Assembly (NCBI GenBank): GCA_951406725.2
Contig: OX597826.1
Location: forward strand, 77,810,001 to 77,874,000
Reading direction: 5' to 3'
DNA length: 64,000 nucleotides
Origin: Octopus vulgaris
Lineage: Eukaryota
How positions within the stretch are numbered: position 1 is the stretch's first letter; each line of letters opens with the position of its first letter. Below, piece by piece: positions 1 to 14,471 of this stretch. The notes under the pieces were generated by a model. That model saw only the letters and a list, made by a program, of their open reading frames with translations. It had not been told where the DNA came from and searched no databases. Made by a program: the position numbers and the translations under genes.

Positions 1-150
1 AATCATCATTTTCATTATTATCGCCGAGATTTTTATTAATATTATTTTTATTACAGACGATGATTGTGTATATTTAATAAAATATGTATATCAGAATATA
101 TAGGATTTTTATTATAGTCTTCGTTTTTAAAAAACACAAAAAACACTACC

Positions 151-182
<32 letters not shown>

Positions 183-268
183 CAACAACCGCCACAACAA
201 CAACAATCATGTACAAGACCAAAGTTTTAAAGGAATTTAATTTTTCTGTACACAAACACACACACACA

Positions 269-312
<44 letters not shown>

Positions 313-803
313 TGGAGGGAGGGAGAGAGAGCTTGCTAACTTGATAGATAAATATAGAAGGGTATTTAGATAAGTACAAGATAGGTTTAGAGTCAGCAAT
401 AACTCTTGTTCAATCAATTTATCTAACAATTTCGATATAGACATTATTAAATGGTTTTTCTTCGTAACGTAAATCGAATCTGAATCTTTTTTACTGGTAA
501 AATATCGCTGGTTTAATACACAAACACACAAGCATATACACAAATACGTACACCCATAGCTATATATGTATAAATATACACACACACACACATATATATA
601 TATGTGTGTGTGTGTGTATACATAGATATATATATATATATTTATATTTATATACTTATATATATATATGCATATATATATATACGTATATATATATATA
701 TACATATATACATATACATATATAATATAGACGTTTATATGTACATATAGTATATATATGTAGATATACACATATATGCGCACGTATATACATACAGAGT
801 TAG

Positions 804-834
<31 letters not shown>

Positions 835-946
835 CTTATATACATACATATGAATGTTTGTTTGCATGCATATATGTATGCGTGTAGATATATACAATTT
901 AGTATTTATAATGACATGATTAAGTGTATTTGTTCTTTTGCTGCTC

Positions 947-978
<32 letters not shown>

Positions 979-1040
979 ATATATATTTATACACACACAC
1001 ACATATACAGATAGATAGGTACATACATACATATATGTAC

Positions 1041-1082
<42 letters not shown>

Positions 1083-1129
1083 GGATCGATAGATATATAC
1101 ATATATATTTGTACGTATATATAATACAT

Positions 1130-1170
<41 letters not shown>

Positions 1171-1264
1171 TATACATACATTTATATACCTATGCACTTA
1201 TATATAATTGTCATTCTTATGATTTATTATCATTGTTATTGCTGTTATTATAATTATTGTTATA

Positions 1265-1333
<69 letters not shown>

Positions 1334-1718
1334 TTTGTTGTTGTTGTTGTTATCATCATCATCACCATCATCAACATCAACATTGTCGTCGTCATCAACA
1401 TTTTTATTCCTGTTAGTACTGATATTTTTGTTGTTTTTTTTCTTCATTTTTTTTAGTCGGTAGCATTCGTTGAAGAAATATACAAAATAAATATAGAATT
1501 TGTGTCTAAGACTAGAACTACTTTTGGTTCAATGTCATATATTAATCACGTTGTCCATAAAAATAACAGAGACAAACATCTTCAATATATATATTATAGT
1601 CAGTAGCTTAGTTTCGTATTTTCAACAACAAAATAACCAGAGTCATACAGACTTTCATGCAAGGCAACACACACAACTCTATACACAGCTCACGAAAGCC
1701 AACTTTACAAGCATAGGC

Positions 1719-1760
<42 letters not shown>

Positions 1761-2046
1761 ACACACACATATATATATATACACATACATGCATAAACAT
1801 ATAAACGCATACGTACATATATATATATATATTTATACATATATGCATATATGTATATTTATATATTTATACATATAAACATATATGTATATATATATAT
1901 ATACATATACACACATATATATATATACATACACACACACACACATATAGATATATATATACTCATATATACATATATATATATATATATTATACACATG
2001 CATGTATGTATGCATGTGTATATAAATATATATGCATATATATACA

Positions 2047-2088
<42 letters not shown>

Positions 2089-2207
2089 TGTATGTGCACA
2101 TTTGTATATATATATATGCGTATGTGTATATGTATATATGTACGCATGCATCATATATGTATATTCACATTCATACAAGTCAATGTATATGGTAGTGCAT
2201 GTGTGTA

Positions 2208-2261
<54 letters not shown>

Positions 2262-2293
2262 TATATATATACGTATGTATATATATATGTATG

Positions 2294-2350
<57 letters not shown>

Positions 2351-3317
2351 GTATGTATGTACCCACACACACACACACATGATGTATGTGTAAGCTGGGA
2401 AACGGAGGTCCTTTAAGAAGGACAGTAACCGACAGACATACAATCTTGAGACTCAATCAATCAGTGGCATAGGATTTATGTAGAAGAACGTTGACTTCTC
2501 TTTAAACAGACAGATCGAACACCATACACATGTGTATATACACACATCTGTTCAAATCTACGTATATGTACGTGAAGTCTTGGAAACAAAAAAAAAAAAA
2601 AACGAAAAAGAAAAAGAAAAGACGCGACCGTTTGTTTGGCATACAAAATTAGTGTTTAGTTTATCCAAAACTCGAATACAATTCTTTATACATTGTTGTA
2701 GATTAAGAAATTAGACTAGTTTTCTTACGTTTTATTCAAACGTTCGAATGTCGACGTGTCCTCTTAATTCAGTTATTAAAATTACCATGAAACGGAGATC
2801 AACTTGGTTTTAATCATAATTACATTTATGTTTAATATCATTTCTCTTATTTAAGTATCAACGTTTTACATCTTCTCGGGTGGGACGGGCGGGTAATTAA
2901 ATAAATGTCATTACATGGCTGGTGTATTTCCTATTGATCCAAGAAGATGAAAGGTGAGAAACTGTTTTGGACGAATTCGAAAATTTTATCTTTTACTGTC
3001 TCAAGTGTTTGATTCAGAGCAAGGTACTAAAATAATGGAATTTCTTGCACATTTGAAGTAAGTTTATATATAACACAGGGGTGGATTACAATCGATTATA
3101 ACGGCCTCAGTAGTTTACCGGTACTTATTTTATCGGCCTTAAAACAACGAAATGTGAAAAGTCGACTTTTGCGGGATTTGAACTCTGGAGCTCAAAGTAA
3201 AGCGGTAAACTAAATTCACAACCCGTTATATTTTCTCCACAACATAACAGAAAACTAATGAATCCCTGTAAATGATCGAACGACACTGAAAAGTATAGTT
3301 TAATATTTGATATACTC

Positions 3318-3367
<50 letters not shown>

Positions 3368-4424
3368 GTATATATTGCATTCCGCGAAATTCTTTTTTCT
3401 GATATGCATCACTGCAAGCATAATTTCGTATGCATACGCATATTATTCATATTTGTGTATACTGGTGTGTATATACATAAATGCATATATGTATGCACGT
3501 GTGTATATGTGTTTGATCCCGGGTTTATATTTAATGGAAATATGACCAGGCCGCAGAGAACAAAGGACAAAAATCTGTCAATATGTTTTATCAAACGCAA
3601 TGTGTCCAACAAAATATGTTTCGCCTGGAGGGACGTCAGATTCTCAATATTTTTAATAAAACTTACACATTCACTCACACTCAAGCTCACACACATAAAT
3701 AGATATATTATTATAAGTTTCTCTCTGGCAATACTTTATAAATCGGAGTTATATAGAAGGTTATCCGCAACAGTGATCACACAGACAAAAAAGAAAGAAA
3801 AAAAACCTATGAAGTGATATATCTTTTGATGAGATGTTTATGAAAGTTGTTAAAAATATTTCAACCATTAATCTTCCTTCAAGAACACAGAAAGGATGAA
3901 CGAAACTAAATTATACAATCTATCAGTACGTCGAAAGAATGAGGTACTGCGCACGACTTAATATGGAAGACCGAAAGATCTAAACCATGAAGATAAAGCG
4001 CAAAAGCCTGTGGAGTTTGTACATCAGAGAAAAGTATTACACTCATCAACCTCTTAATATGGTGGTTATTTTATATCAAATCAGAGATTTTCAATAAACG
4101 CCGTCACTTAGAGAAATATCTGATGAAAAATAAACTTGTAAGCTATAGCAACACTTGACGGAATCATTTCCTACATAGCAGCCATTCAGTACGAGTGATA
4201 ACACGTATGATTCCCTCTTTGGTTAATACTTTGCTTATAAACATTAGTCTTTGACTTTTTTTCTCAATACCTCAAAAAGATCCTTCACTTCCGCATTCTT
4301 TGTTACTGCTATTTCAACCATTAATTCCAGATTGAATGATCAGGAATTCGACTTCTTTCTCTTCCCCATTGACTCGCACTTCTTGTTTTAGAAACAAGAT
4401 GTTTTTTTCAAAAATTATGCACAT

Positions 4425-4581
4425 AGGCGCAGGAGTGGCTGTGTGGCAACCAACCACATGGTCATGGGTTCAGTCCCACTGCGTGGCATCTTGGGTAAGT
4501 ATCTTCCACTATAGCCTCGGGCTATAGTATCCTTGTGAGCGGATTGGGTAGACGGAAACTGGAAGAAGCTCGTCGTATATG

Positions 4582-4662
<81 letters not shown>

Positions 4663-4860
4663 CATTGTGCTTGTCCCCTAACATCGCTTTACAACTGTGT
4701 TTATGTCCCCGTAACTTAGTTGTTCGGCAAAAGAGACCGATAGAATAGGTACTGGGCATACAAAGAATAAGTCCTGGGGTAGATTTGCTCGACTAGAAGC
4801 GGTGCTCCAGCATGGCCGCAGTCAAATCACTGAAACAAGTAAAAAAGAAAAGAAAAAAGA
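4425..4860 (+). mobile_element. tRNA-derived SINE, family B (CORE-like), near full length, internal (TA)n(TG)n
   Basis: Head GGCGCAGGAGTGGCTGTGTGG (A box) and GGTTCAGTCCC (B box), body TTGGGTAAGT..TAGACGGAAACT, tail CCAGCATGGCCGCAGTCAAATCACTGAAACAAGTAAAA; near-identical to 34776-35180. Confidence 0.9.
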
Positions 4861-4964
4861 AAACAAGAATGTATATATAGCTTTGAGTATATTTTCATTC
4901 ATGTCTTTAGTCAACCAAGGGAAATAGCTCACTGCAAACTATTTATAACATACAAATATTTAGA

Positions 4965-5455
4965 AATTTGCTATTTGTAAATCTCACAGCGAGAGATATT
5001 TAGCAACAGTACTTTGGAGTAAAGATTTTTGCCAACATAACATGGCAGTCGTGGTTTAGGACAAACGTTGCTGTAATTTAGCCCTAGGAGACACGATCTG
5101 TGTCCTTATATTTCAGCTCAAAACGATATCTGTTTATCGCGATTTAGTAATTTTCTAATTTAAAAATCAGTGATTAGTTATCACTTTGAAAACTATACAC
5201 CTCGAACGGGGATTTGGCAGCGCCACCTCTAGCCGAACAATGATTCTGTGTTGATAAGGGAAATAACCCGGAAATCGCGATACACAGATATTGTTTTGAG
5301 CTGAGTGTGGGTGCTAGATTCCCTTATTCGAAAATATAAAGACACAGATCGTGTCATATAGCCAGCTGGAGACGATGTCTCCTGGGGCTAAATTACAGCA
5401 ACATTCATCCTAAACCAGGACTGCCATGTTATGTTGGCAAACAATCTTTACTCCA
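4965..5455. mobile_element. Foldback/MITE-like element with long imperfect inverted arms
   Basis: 5015-5144 is the reverse complement (with indels) of 5272-5455; 16-bp direct repeat CATACAAATATTTAGA at 4949-4964 and 5454-5469; related copy at 53306-53470. Confidence 0.8.
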
Positions 5456-6079
5456 TACAAATATTTAGATAAATCACTTCACGTAGCATCGTCTGGACCA
5501 GTGTCACCGAATGTACTTATTAACATTTTAAATAATTTATTTAAACGTTGCAGCTGGATAGGTATATTGCTTCAAGGGATTGGTTTATTTTTTAGGTCTG
5601 TGAATGGTTATGGAAAACTTATCATATTACGAAAAAAAACAAAAAACGGAAGCGTGCATTATGAAGTATTATCAGTAAGAAACTATATTTTAACAAATAG
5701 TTAAATTCTACTACATGTATTTAGTACATTGATTTTGTTCGTGACATCACCTACAAATACCTACATGTTACTTTCATATTAGTTACATATTTAGGAGGGG
5801 TTGTAATTTACTTATGGAATATATTTATCGATAAGGTTGTACAATGGGCAAATGTGTTTGAAAGTTGTGGTTTCTTTGCTTTGTTTCTTTGTTCCCAAAC
5901 AACTCTTATTTTAGTGCTGTTGACATCGCCGCATTGAATGGTTCTGCGCAGGTTTCGAAACCATAATGATATCGGTGGGGGCAGCTGATGATGGAGGTAT
6001 GTTGGATTGTTTGTATGGCTGTTTTTATTTATGTGGATTAGTATTATTGGATTGTTGCTATGGCTGTGGAATGCTTAAA

Positions 6080-6260
6080 GGTATTTCGTCTGTCTTTATG
6101 TTCTGAGTACAAATTCCGACGAGTCGACTTTGCCTTTCATCCTTTCGGAGTCGATAAATTAAGTACCAGTAACACACTAGGGTTGATGTAATCGACTTAA
6201 TTCCTTTGTCTGTCCTTGTTTGTCTCCTCTATGTTTAGCCCCCTGTGAGCAATAAAAAAA
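6080..6260 (+). mobile_element. SINE family A, 5'-truncated
   Basis: GGTATTTCGTCTG..GTCGACTTTGCCTTTCATCCTTTCGGAGTCGATAAATTAAGTACCAG body shared with >10 copies in the window. Confidence 0.9.
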
Positions 6261-6964
6261 ATAATTATAACACATCCTTTTGATATACATACATATACAA
6301 ACACACATAGAGACATACTCACATATGTACATGTATGTGGGTGTATGTGTGTATGTATGTGTATGCATGTATGTTTACACAAACATACACACGTACACAC
6401 ACACATTCACACATACACGTTGCCCTAGCAAGACCACAGTTCAATAAATGAAACTTGTTCTGATAACGCAGTGGCTGACGAGACGGCATCTGCCGCAAAC
6501 ATGACAATGCCAGACAACTGCAGATTTTAAATAAGCAGCTTTAACGTTTCGCCGTTACATTATAAGTGGAATTCACTGAAATGAACCCCTTTGCTTATTT
6601 TAGTTGTTCAAAATACCCTTCTTTCTGATCATTTCGATAGTGAAACGTTTGAAATAGGAAGAATGACAGTTTTGTTATCCGTTCCTGTTTTGTATTTTCT
6701 ACCGGCAAACAGCAACTGTTTATCTGATATCAAAGCGAACATGTTATCATAAATGAGATTTTAGTTGAAAAATTGAATGGTGGGTGTGGAACGATTCCTT
6801 TATCTCTCCCTTTTCCTGTTGTGTTCTATTCTATCTCGATTTTGTTGCATCTCTGGAAGATTGGTCTTTTGCTTAAAAGATTGGCACTACAGAGACGGAA
6901 CAAAGAAGAGAGCTTGGGAGGCGAAGACCAAAAAGAAGAGGCAGAGAGAAAGAGAGAAAGAGTG

Positions 6965-6998
<34 letters not shown>

Positions 6999-7762
6999 AT
7001 GGTGAGAGAAGAAATACAGAGAGAAGGGTGTGAGAGTGTTTATATGCACACACTCACACACACACACACACCTACGCATTCGTATGTGTGCATATATGCG
7101 TGAAACAGAGAAAGAAGCCATGAAAGTGTGTGTGTGTGTGTGTGTATGTGTTTGTGTGCGTATGCGCTTGATTGAGTGAGTGAGAGAGAAAGAGAGAAAG
7201 AGTGTGTGTGTAATCAGAAAAGAGAAATAGCGTGAGCGAAGAGCGATGAGATGGAGGGAGAATATTTGAAAACGTTGATTGCCAAGTTGCAGACGATTTC
7301 TCTCCACAGCAGACGATTTATAATTGCGAGATATTTTAGTGTTTAGTACTTTAGTTTAAACACACGGTTAACAAAATATAAAGCCATAAATAAATATTTA
7401 ATTCTGGTTTGTTTATCATACGCACATATAACTACATAACAAAAAGAATAAAGATATAGATTCAACTGCTGCAAAAGAAATGTGCGTTCCTAAAAAACAA
7501 TCAAACAAGCTGAATGAATTAATCGAAAGTCGATATATATATATATACGTATGTATGTATATATATATATACGTATGTATGCATGTATTGATGCTAGGCC
7601 AGGAACTAATTATGCTATTATCAAAATAAAGGACTCGAAGCATTTATTGAAAGTTATATGCTACATTTTGTCTTCCAATCTAATCCAGACAAATTCAGAC
7701 TAATTTCCGTCTAATTGTGACTTCCGCTTCACTAAATCTCAATTGGAACTGCAAAGTAGAAC

Positions 7763-7803
<41 letters not shown>

Positions 7804-7855
7804 CGTACATATGTTTATGTATGTATGTATGTCTATGTGTGTATATATATATATA

Positions 7856-7893
<38 letters not shown>

Positions 7894-8087
7894 AGAGTGT
7901 GTGTATATATGTATGCATATGTATGTGTATGTACGTGTGTATGTATGTTTATGTGTGCGTGCATGTTTATGTATGTGTGCATGTGTGTACGTATGTATGT
8001 ATGTATGTATGTATGTATGTATGTATGTATGTATGTATGTATGTATGTGTGTATGTATGTATGTATGTATGTATGTGTGTATGTGTG

Positions 8088-8118
<31 letters not shown>

Positions 8119-8151
8119 GTATGTATGTATGTGTGTATGTATGTATGTATA

Positions 8152-8360
8152 AAGCGAGCTGGAAGAATCGTTGGCTGCTGGGCAGAATGCTTAGCGGTAT
8201 TTCGTCCGTCTTCACGTTTTGAGTTGATATTTCGCTGAGGTTGACTTTGTCTTTCGTCTTTTGGAGTCATTAGAATAAGTACCAGTTGATCATTGGGGTC
8301 GAGATAATCGACTGACCCCTTTTCCAAACAAATTGCTGTCTTTGTGACAAAATCTGAATC
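8152..8360 (+). mobile_element. SINE family A, diverged
   Basis: GCGAGCTGGAAGAATCGTT head and diverged GACTTTGTCTTTCGTCTTTTGGAGTC..AAGTACCAG body. Confidence 0.8.
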
Positions 8361-8464
8361 CAACCAACTTATATACATGCATAGCGAGAGAATAAAAGAT
8401 GCACGTATATGTGAAAGAGAGATATTTATATGTATACGTATATGTATATATATAACTATAACTA

Positions 8465-8558
<94 letters not shown>

Positions 8559-8566
8559 CCTATCTA

Positions 8567-8701
<135 letters not shown>

Positions 8702-8746
8702 GTATGTATGTATGTATGTATGTATGTATGTATGTATGTATGTATG

Positions 8747-8792
<46 letters not shown>

Positions 8793-8924
8793 AGGAATGA
8801 CCGCTAGGTGGATTCCTAACATGCTAAAGGTAGACCCTAATGCGCGTTCGAATGTTACGCTTCCCCCAATTTGTTTTTTTTTTTTTGCGCGTGTGTTTTT
8901 ATCTGTTGTTATGAGGCAGGCGTT

Positions 8925-9262
8925 GCTGCAGCATGGCCTAATACTTAAACAGTTTGTTTCACGACCACCGTGTCCTAGGTTCGAACGTACAACTTACTAG
9001 GCTTGTAATTCTTTTCTTTAGCCTCAGGTTGATCCAAGTCCGGTGACTGAAGTTGGACAGAGGGGGAAATGAACAGAAGTCTGTTGAGCAGAGGTTACCT
9101 TTTATTGAAAACTCTAACTTTATCCACTTTATCATGTGGGTGATTGCTTTAAATATATACGTGGCCGTGGAGTACTCAGCCACTGGCAAGCAGATTCAAT
9201 CAGTAAATAATTCAAATCGTCGACAATAGTGTGTTCATCATCGAAACCGACCGAGAACCACT
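8925..9262 (+). mobile_element. Old SINE: tRNA-like head, family-B-like middle, family-C-like tail
   Basis: TGGCCTAA..GGTTCGAAC head; GTGGAGTACTCAGCCAC and TCATCGAAACCGACCGAGAACCA resemble the reverse complement of the tail at 42668-42780. Confidence 0.5.
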
Positions 9263-9414
9263 TCCGCTTCTGTCGTATTCAAACAAGCAGACAGTAAGGC
9301 GTCAAAAGGAGACGAAGAGGTAACAACTGTTAACACTAGTAGAGGGAGGAGGCAACAGTCAGAGAGAGAGGAGAAGGTGGTAACAGCCAGAGGAGAGGCG
9401 GAGGAGGCAGATCT

Positions 9415-9797
9415 TAGAGATAGAGAGAGAGAGGTGAAGAGAGAGCGAGAGAGGGAGAGAGAGGTGAAGAGAGAGAGAGGGGTGAAGAGAGGGAGAGAGA
9501 GAAGGGTGAAGAGAGAGTGAGAGAGAGAGAGGGGTGAAGAGAGGGAGAGAGAGAAGGGTGAAGAGAGAGTGAGAGAGAGAGAGGGGTGAAGAGAGGGAGA
9601 GAGAGAAGGGTGAAGAGAGAGTGAGAGAGAGAGAGGGGTGAAGAGAGGGAGAGAGAGAAGGGTGAAGAGAGAGGGGTGAAGAGAGGGAGAGAGAGAGGGT
9701 GAAGAGAGAGTGAGAGAGAGAGAGGGGTGAAGAGAGAGCGAGAGAGAGAGAGAGAGAGAGGGGTGAAGAGAGGGAGAGAGAGAGAGAGAGCAGGAGA
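9415..9797 (+). repeat. Purine-rich minisatellite, (GA)n punctuated by GGTGAAGA
   Basis: Repeated GAGAGAGAG(G/A)GGTGAAGAGAG units of about 20-22 bp. Confidence 0.95.
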
Positions 9798-10131
9798 CAA
9801 CGATAACGAGTTTTTACATAATATCTATTATATTGTTTCTAACCAAGTGATCTAAATTTCAGCTTTTCAATAACCTCAATCAGTTGTCTTGCTAAATGCT
9901 TCTAATAGGCCACGTTTAATAGAATTGTGATGATTCCAGACTTTTTAAACTTGTATTACGCCATGGCGACGAAAGAAAAATTATATGGCTAGAGAAGTAT
10001 TTGCGCTCTCATTAGTAAAAGGAGGTGACTTACAATTCCACTGGCGCAGAATCATGGGCAAGTGTCTTCTGTTGTTTGTGAGTGAATTTGGCAGACGGAA
10101 ACTGTGAAGAAGCCTGTCGTATATATATATA

Positions 10132-10185
<54 letters not shown>

Positions 10186-10199
10186 TGTGTGTGTGTGCC

Positions 10200-10235
<36 letters not shown>

Positions 10236-10244
10236 TGTATGTAT

Positions 10245-10384
10245 AACTGAAATTTACAGAAAAGCAAAAGACGAGGACAGGTGTATAAACAACAAACAGG
10301 TGTATTAGTTTAACGCTCAGGAAGGTCAGAAAGTCTTTTACGTTTCGAGCTTACGCTGTGCAACAGAAAGAAATAAGAGAAAAT

Positions 10385-10423
<39 letters not shown>

Positions 10424-10456
10424 TAAAAGAATTCTTGGAACTAACGGTCAATCATA
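10245..10456 (-). mobile_element. Short hammerhead-like element, family H2 (degenerate core)
   Basis: Minus strand CTTT-CTGTTGCACAGCGTAAGCTC-GAAAC-GTA-AAAG followed by ..CCTGAGCGTTAAACTAATACACCTG; homologous to 20736-20862 and 26636-26747; microsatellite on both sides. Confidence 0.65.
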
Positions 10457-10471
10457 TATATATATATATAT

Positions 10472-10557
10472 CAACAAACAAGATGAGGACAAATATCCGT
10501 CAAATGTAAATAATGTAAATAATGTACATAATTCCTCATCTCTTAAATATAGAACTG
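10472..10557 (-). mobile_element. Probable single end of a Tc1/mariner-type MITE
   Basis: Minus strand starts TA|CAGTTCTATATTTAAGAGATGAGG (TA target, CAGT terminus); the partner end is not visible. Confidence 0.4.
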
Positions 10558-10895
10558 TATTTTGAAGAATCACTTTTTAAAAAGTTACCTCTACATATAT
10601 TCTATAGATTTCGGAGCCAACACTGAAAGTTACGACGTTTCGTATACGAATATGTCTTTGTAAACAATGAGATCGAAGATAGTCAGCTAGGCAATGGGTG
10701 TATATGGATATTTCTGGAGTTGTTGGCCTTTCTTCAGTATCACATTCAACCCCTTAACCACCACGAACATATTGCTTAAATAGCCACTAAATTAAAACGT
10801 GTAACACAAGTGGATATACCAATTTTAGATATTAATTTAGAATAATGATAAGATAGGCAGAAGGAAAAGCCAGAGGAAGAGAAGAGAAAGAGAGC

Positions 10896-10931
<36 letters not shown>

Positions 10932-11149
10932 GAAAGAGAGAGAGAAACCTATAATCAAAACCAGCCTATTTGTGACTAATATATATTCCCAAGTTAATGC
11001 GAACATATTATCCAGCATGTTCTTTTCTAGGTGGGTAAGGTATGATTGGAGGGAGGTTTGGCTGCTATTTGAAGTAGGTCAACCGTCCACGTAGAGACTC
11101 CTTTTGTGGATCGATAGTGTTGTTCGATGTTGTTGATGATAACGGCGAC

Positions 11150-11178
11150 GACAGGTATGGTGATGGTGGTGATGATGG

Positions 11179-11227
<49 letters not shown>

Positions 11228-11648
11228 GGTGATGATGATGGTCTTGATGTCGAGGTCGAGATATCTTACAGTACATATTGTTAGTGGTTGTAGGTCTGAG
11301 GTGCGTGGAGTGGGGGGAGGGCTATTCGGTGTAGTTCTGGTGATGGTAAGAAAACAGTCTCTACAGCGCATATTAGTGGTTATATGATGATGGTTGTGGT
11401 GGTGGTGGTGATGGTCGTCGTCGTCGTCATGGCGGTGGTAGAGGTCTTGAAGCTGGTGAGTATAGTTGTGGTGATGATGATGATGATTGGCCGGGCATAT
11501 TTTTATAATACACATTATTGGTGATGTGCTGATGTTGCTGATGATGATGCTGATGCTGCTGAATGTACTAATAATTGTAATGATGGAGGTAGTGGCGAAG
11601 GTTGTGGTGGTGGAGGTGATGGTACAGGTGCTGGCGGCGCTGTTGTCG

Positions 11649-11680
<32 letters not shown>

Positions 11681-11815
11681 GGTGGTGGTGGTCGTCGTCG
11701 TCGTCGTGGTAGCGGTCTTGAATCTGGTGAGTATAGTTGTGGTGGTGGTGGTGGTGGTGATGATGATGATGATGATGATGAGGAGGAGGATGGAGGAGGA
11801 GGATATTTTCATAGT
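11150..11815. repeat. Compound trinucleotide low-complexity tract with an internal duplication
   Basis: (GAT)n,(GGT)n,(GTC)n,(GTT)n; motif GGTCTTGAA..CTGGTGAGTATAGTTGTGGTG at about 11442 and 11713. Confidence 0.85.
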
Positions 11816-12094
11816 AACAAAAAACGTGAGTGATGCGGCGGAGGTGTTGTCGGTGCTGCCGCAGGTTGGAAAGGTTTGCTCCAAACTACAAACTGGAATC
11901 ATAGCAGAAGAAAATATTGGTGAATCGATGCCAATTTTCGAAGATATTGCGAAAAATTTTCGCGATATTCAATAAGATAGGAAGGAATTGTTTTAAATTC
12001 TCATATATTTCTGCATTCTCTTCCTTTTCACCGTTTTCATATTTTTCCCCTTTTCTTTCAAATTTCACTCTTTATTCTTCTTCTTCTGGTGAAA

Positions 12095-12360
<266 letters not shown>

Positions 12361-13161
12361 CATTTTGGTGTAGTTGTTGTTGTGCTCTTGCAGTTGTTAT
12401 CACATTACCATTATTATTTTATCGTTGATATTATTATTCATGTTGTTATTGATATCATGATTAGTGTTATTGTTGTTGTTTTTGTTGATGTTGTTGTTAT
12501 TATTATTCCGTTCTGAATGACCTCATATGGAGGCTTATGTAAACGGAAATGTACTAATATATACATACACCTAAATATGCAAAGATGCACACACGCACAC
12601 ATGCACACACGCATACACACACACACATGCACACACGCATACACACACACACATGCACACACACACGCATACACACACACACATTTGTCGATGTGTTTAG
12701 TCTCGATTTACTCAAACGTATTATTGCTCAGAACCTCATGTTGTATTTTTCTTCACTTTTTATTTCGATTTATATTCCTACATACTCTTCTTTCGTTCCT
12801 TTTTTCAGATAATTCCTCATTCCTTGGATATTAAAGCTTCCTTACCGCTGGGAGTATTTTTATCCATTACTTCATCCATTTATCTACCCCTTCACTTCGA
12901 CATCCGCTGAATTCTGCCGCTAGAAATATTTCTCTCCGTTCTTCATCTTTTAAAGCTTAGCTCAGCACATTTCAGTTCGTGAAAATAAAATACTTTTCGA
13001 AATTGGTCCCGTGAATATTACGGGAAGACTATCCATATGCAAAAGATGCTATTCATTCATTTTCCATATTTCAAAAAAAAAAAAAAACTAAGCCTGTTAC
13101 TCATATTTGTTTACAATACTCATTTCTGGTCGCCAATTTATAAAGTACATTCAATATACGA

Positions 13162-13535
<374 letters not shown>

Positions 13536-13541
13536 TATACA

Positions 13542-13602
<61 letters not shown>

Positions 13603-13657
13603 CTGTATTTATGTATGTATGTATGTATGTATGTATGTATGTATGTATGTATGTATG

Positions 13658-13698
<41 letters not shown>

Positions 13699-13704
<6 letters not shown>

Positions 13705-13865
13705 CACAAGGGTGCACGCGTGGCTGTGTGGTAAGAAGTCTGCTTTCCAAACACATGGTTCTGGGTTCGGTCCCACTGCCTGCATCATGGCACCTTGGAT
13801 AGATGTGTTTGGCAAGCAGAGCAGACTCCTTACCACACAGCCAGGCGTGCACCCTCGTGGAATAT
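13699..13865. mobile_element. SINE B head with a foldback duplication of itself and its 5' flank
   Basis: ATATTCCACAAGGGTGCACGCGTGGCTGTGTGGTAAGAAGTCTGCT reappears inverted at about 13820-13865. Confidence 0.85.
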
Positions 13866-14158
13866 TCAGAAATAGAACCGATCACTGAAATAATCAAAGC
13901 TAAACCGACACGAAGATTTATTCTGTACAAAATCTATTCGCGGAGCAAATGTTCATGCGACACCAGTTGGTTATTGGCAGATGGAAAACCGAAAGATGGG
14001 GCGATTTCTACTTCATGTAATTAAAACGATCGTAAAATGGCCGTAAACTTTCAAACAGGGCATCAGCGATACTGTTATATAGAATGCTTTATTTAATGGT
14101 CTATACAAACATCGTATTAAAGTTTACATGACATTTGATCTACCAACAAGCATGCACC

Positions 14159-14195
<37 letters not shown>

Positions 14196-14471
14196 ATACA
14201 CACGCTTACACGCGCATAAACAGCCAATATATGACAGATAGGAGCCATACACAACCTGCTAGAAATAATAGTCGAATTCCTCTCAAATCACGATTTAACA
14301 TTCTTTTTAATAATGCAGGCCTTACCAGACAGATAATGTTGTCTTCGATACACTGTTTGAAAATCAGACTGGATGGTCATGAGTGAAATGTTTTGTCGAT
14401 AGATCCATCGAATAAGAGCAGGCTTAGGGTTAAACAAATACCACAATATTTATATAAATTTATATAAATAT

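Noticed and set aside
127-1197. 356-aa ORF and the many YI/CV/HT/poly-I ORFs
   Set aside because: Translations of stop-free microsatellites with no domain content
6470-6515. CTGACGA followed by a CGGCA/TGCCG hairpin
   Set aside because: GAAA is replaced by CAAA and there is no convincing stem I or NUH site; probably chance
11027-11902. 291-aa His/Thr-rich ORF
   Set aside because: Built from trinucleotide runs and a local duplication; overlapping long ORFs on both strands; no recognisable motif
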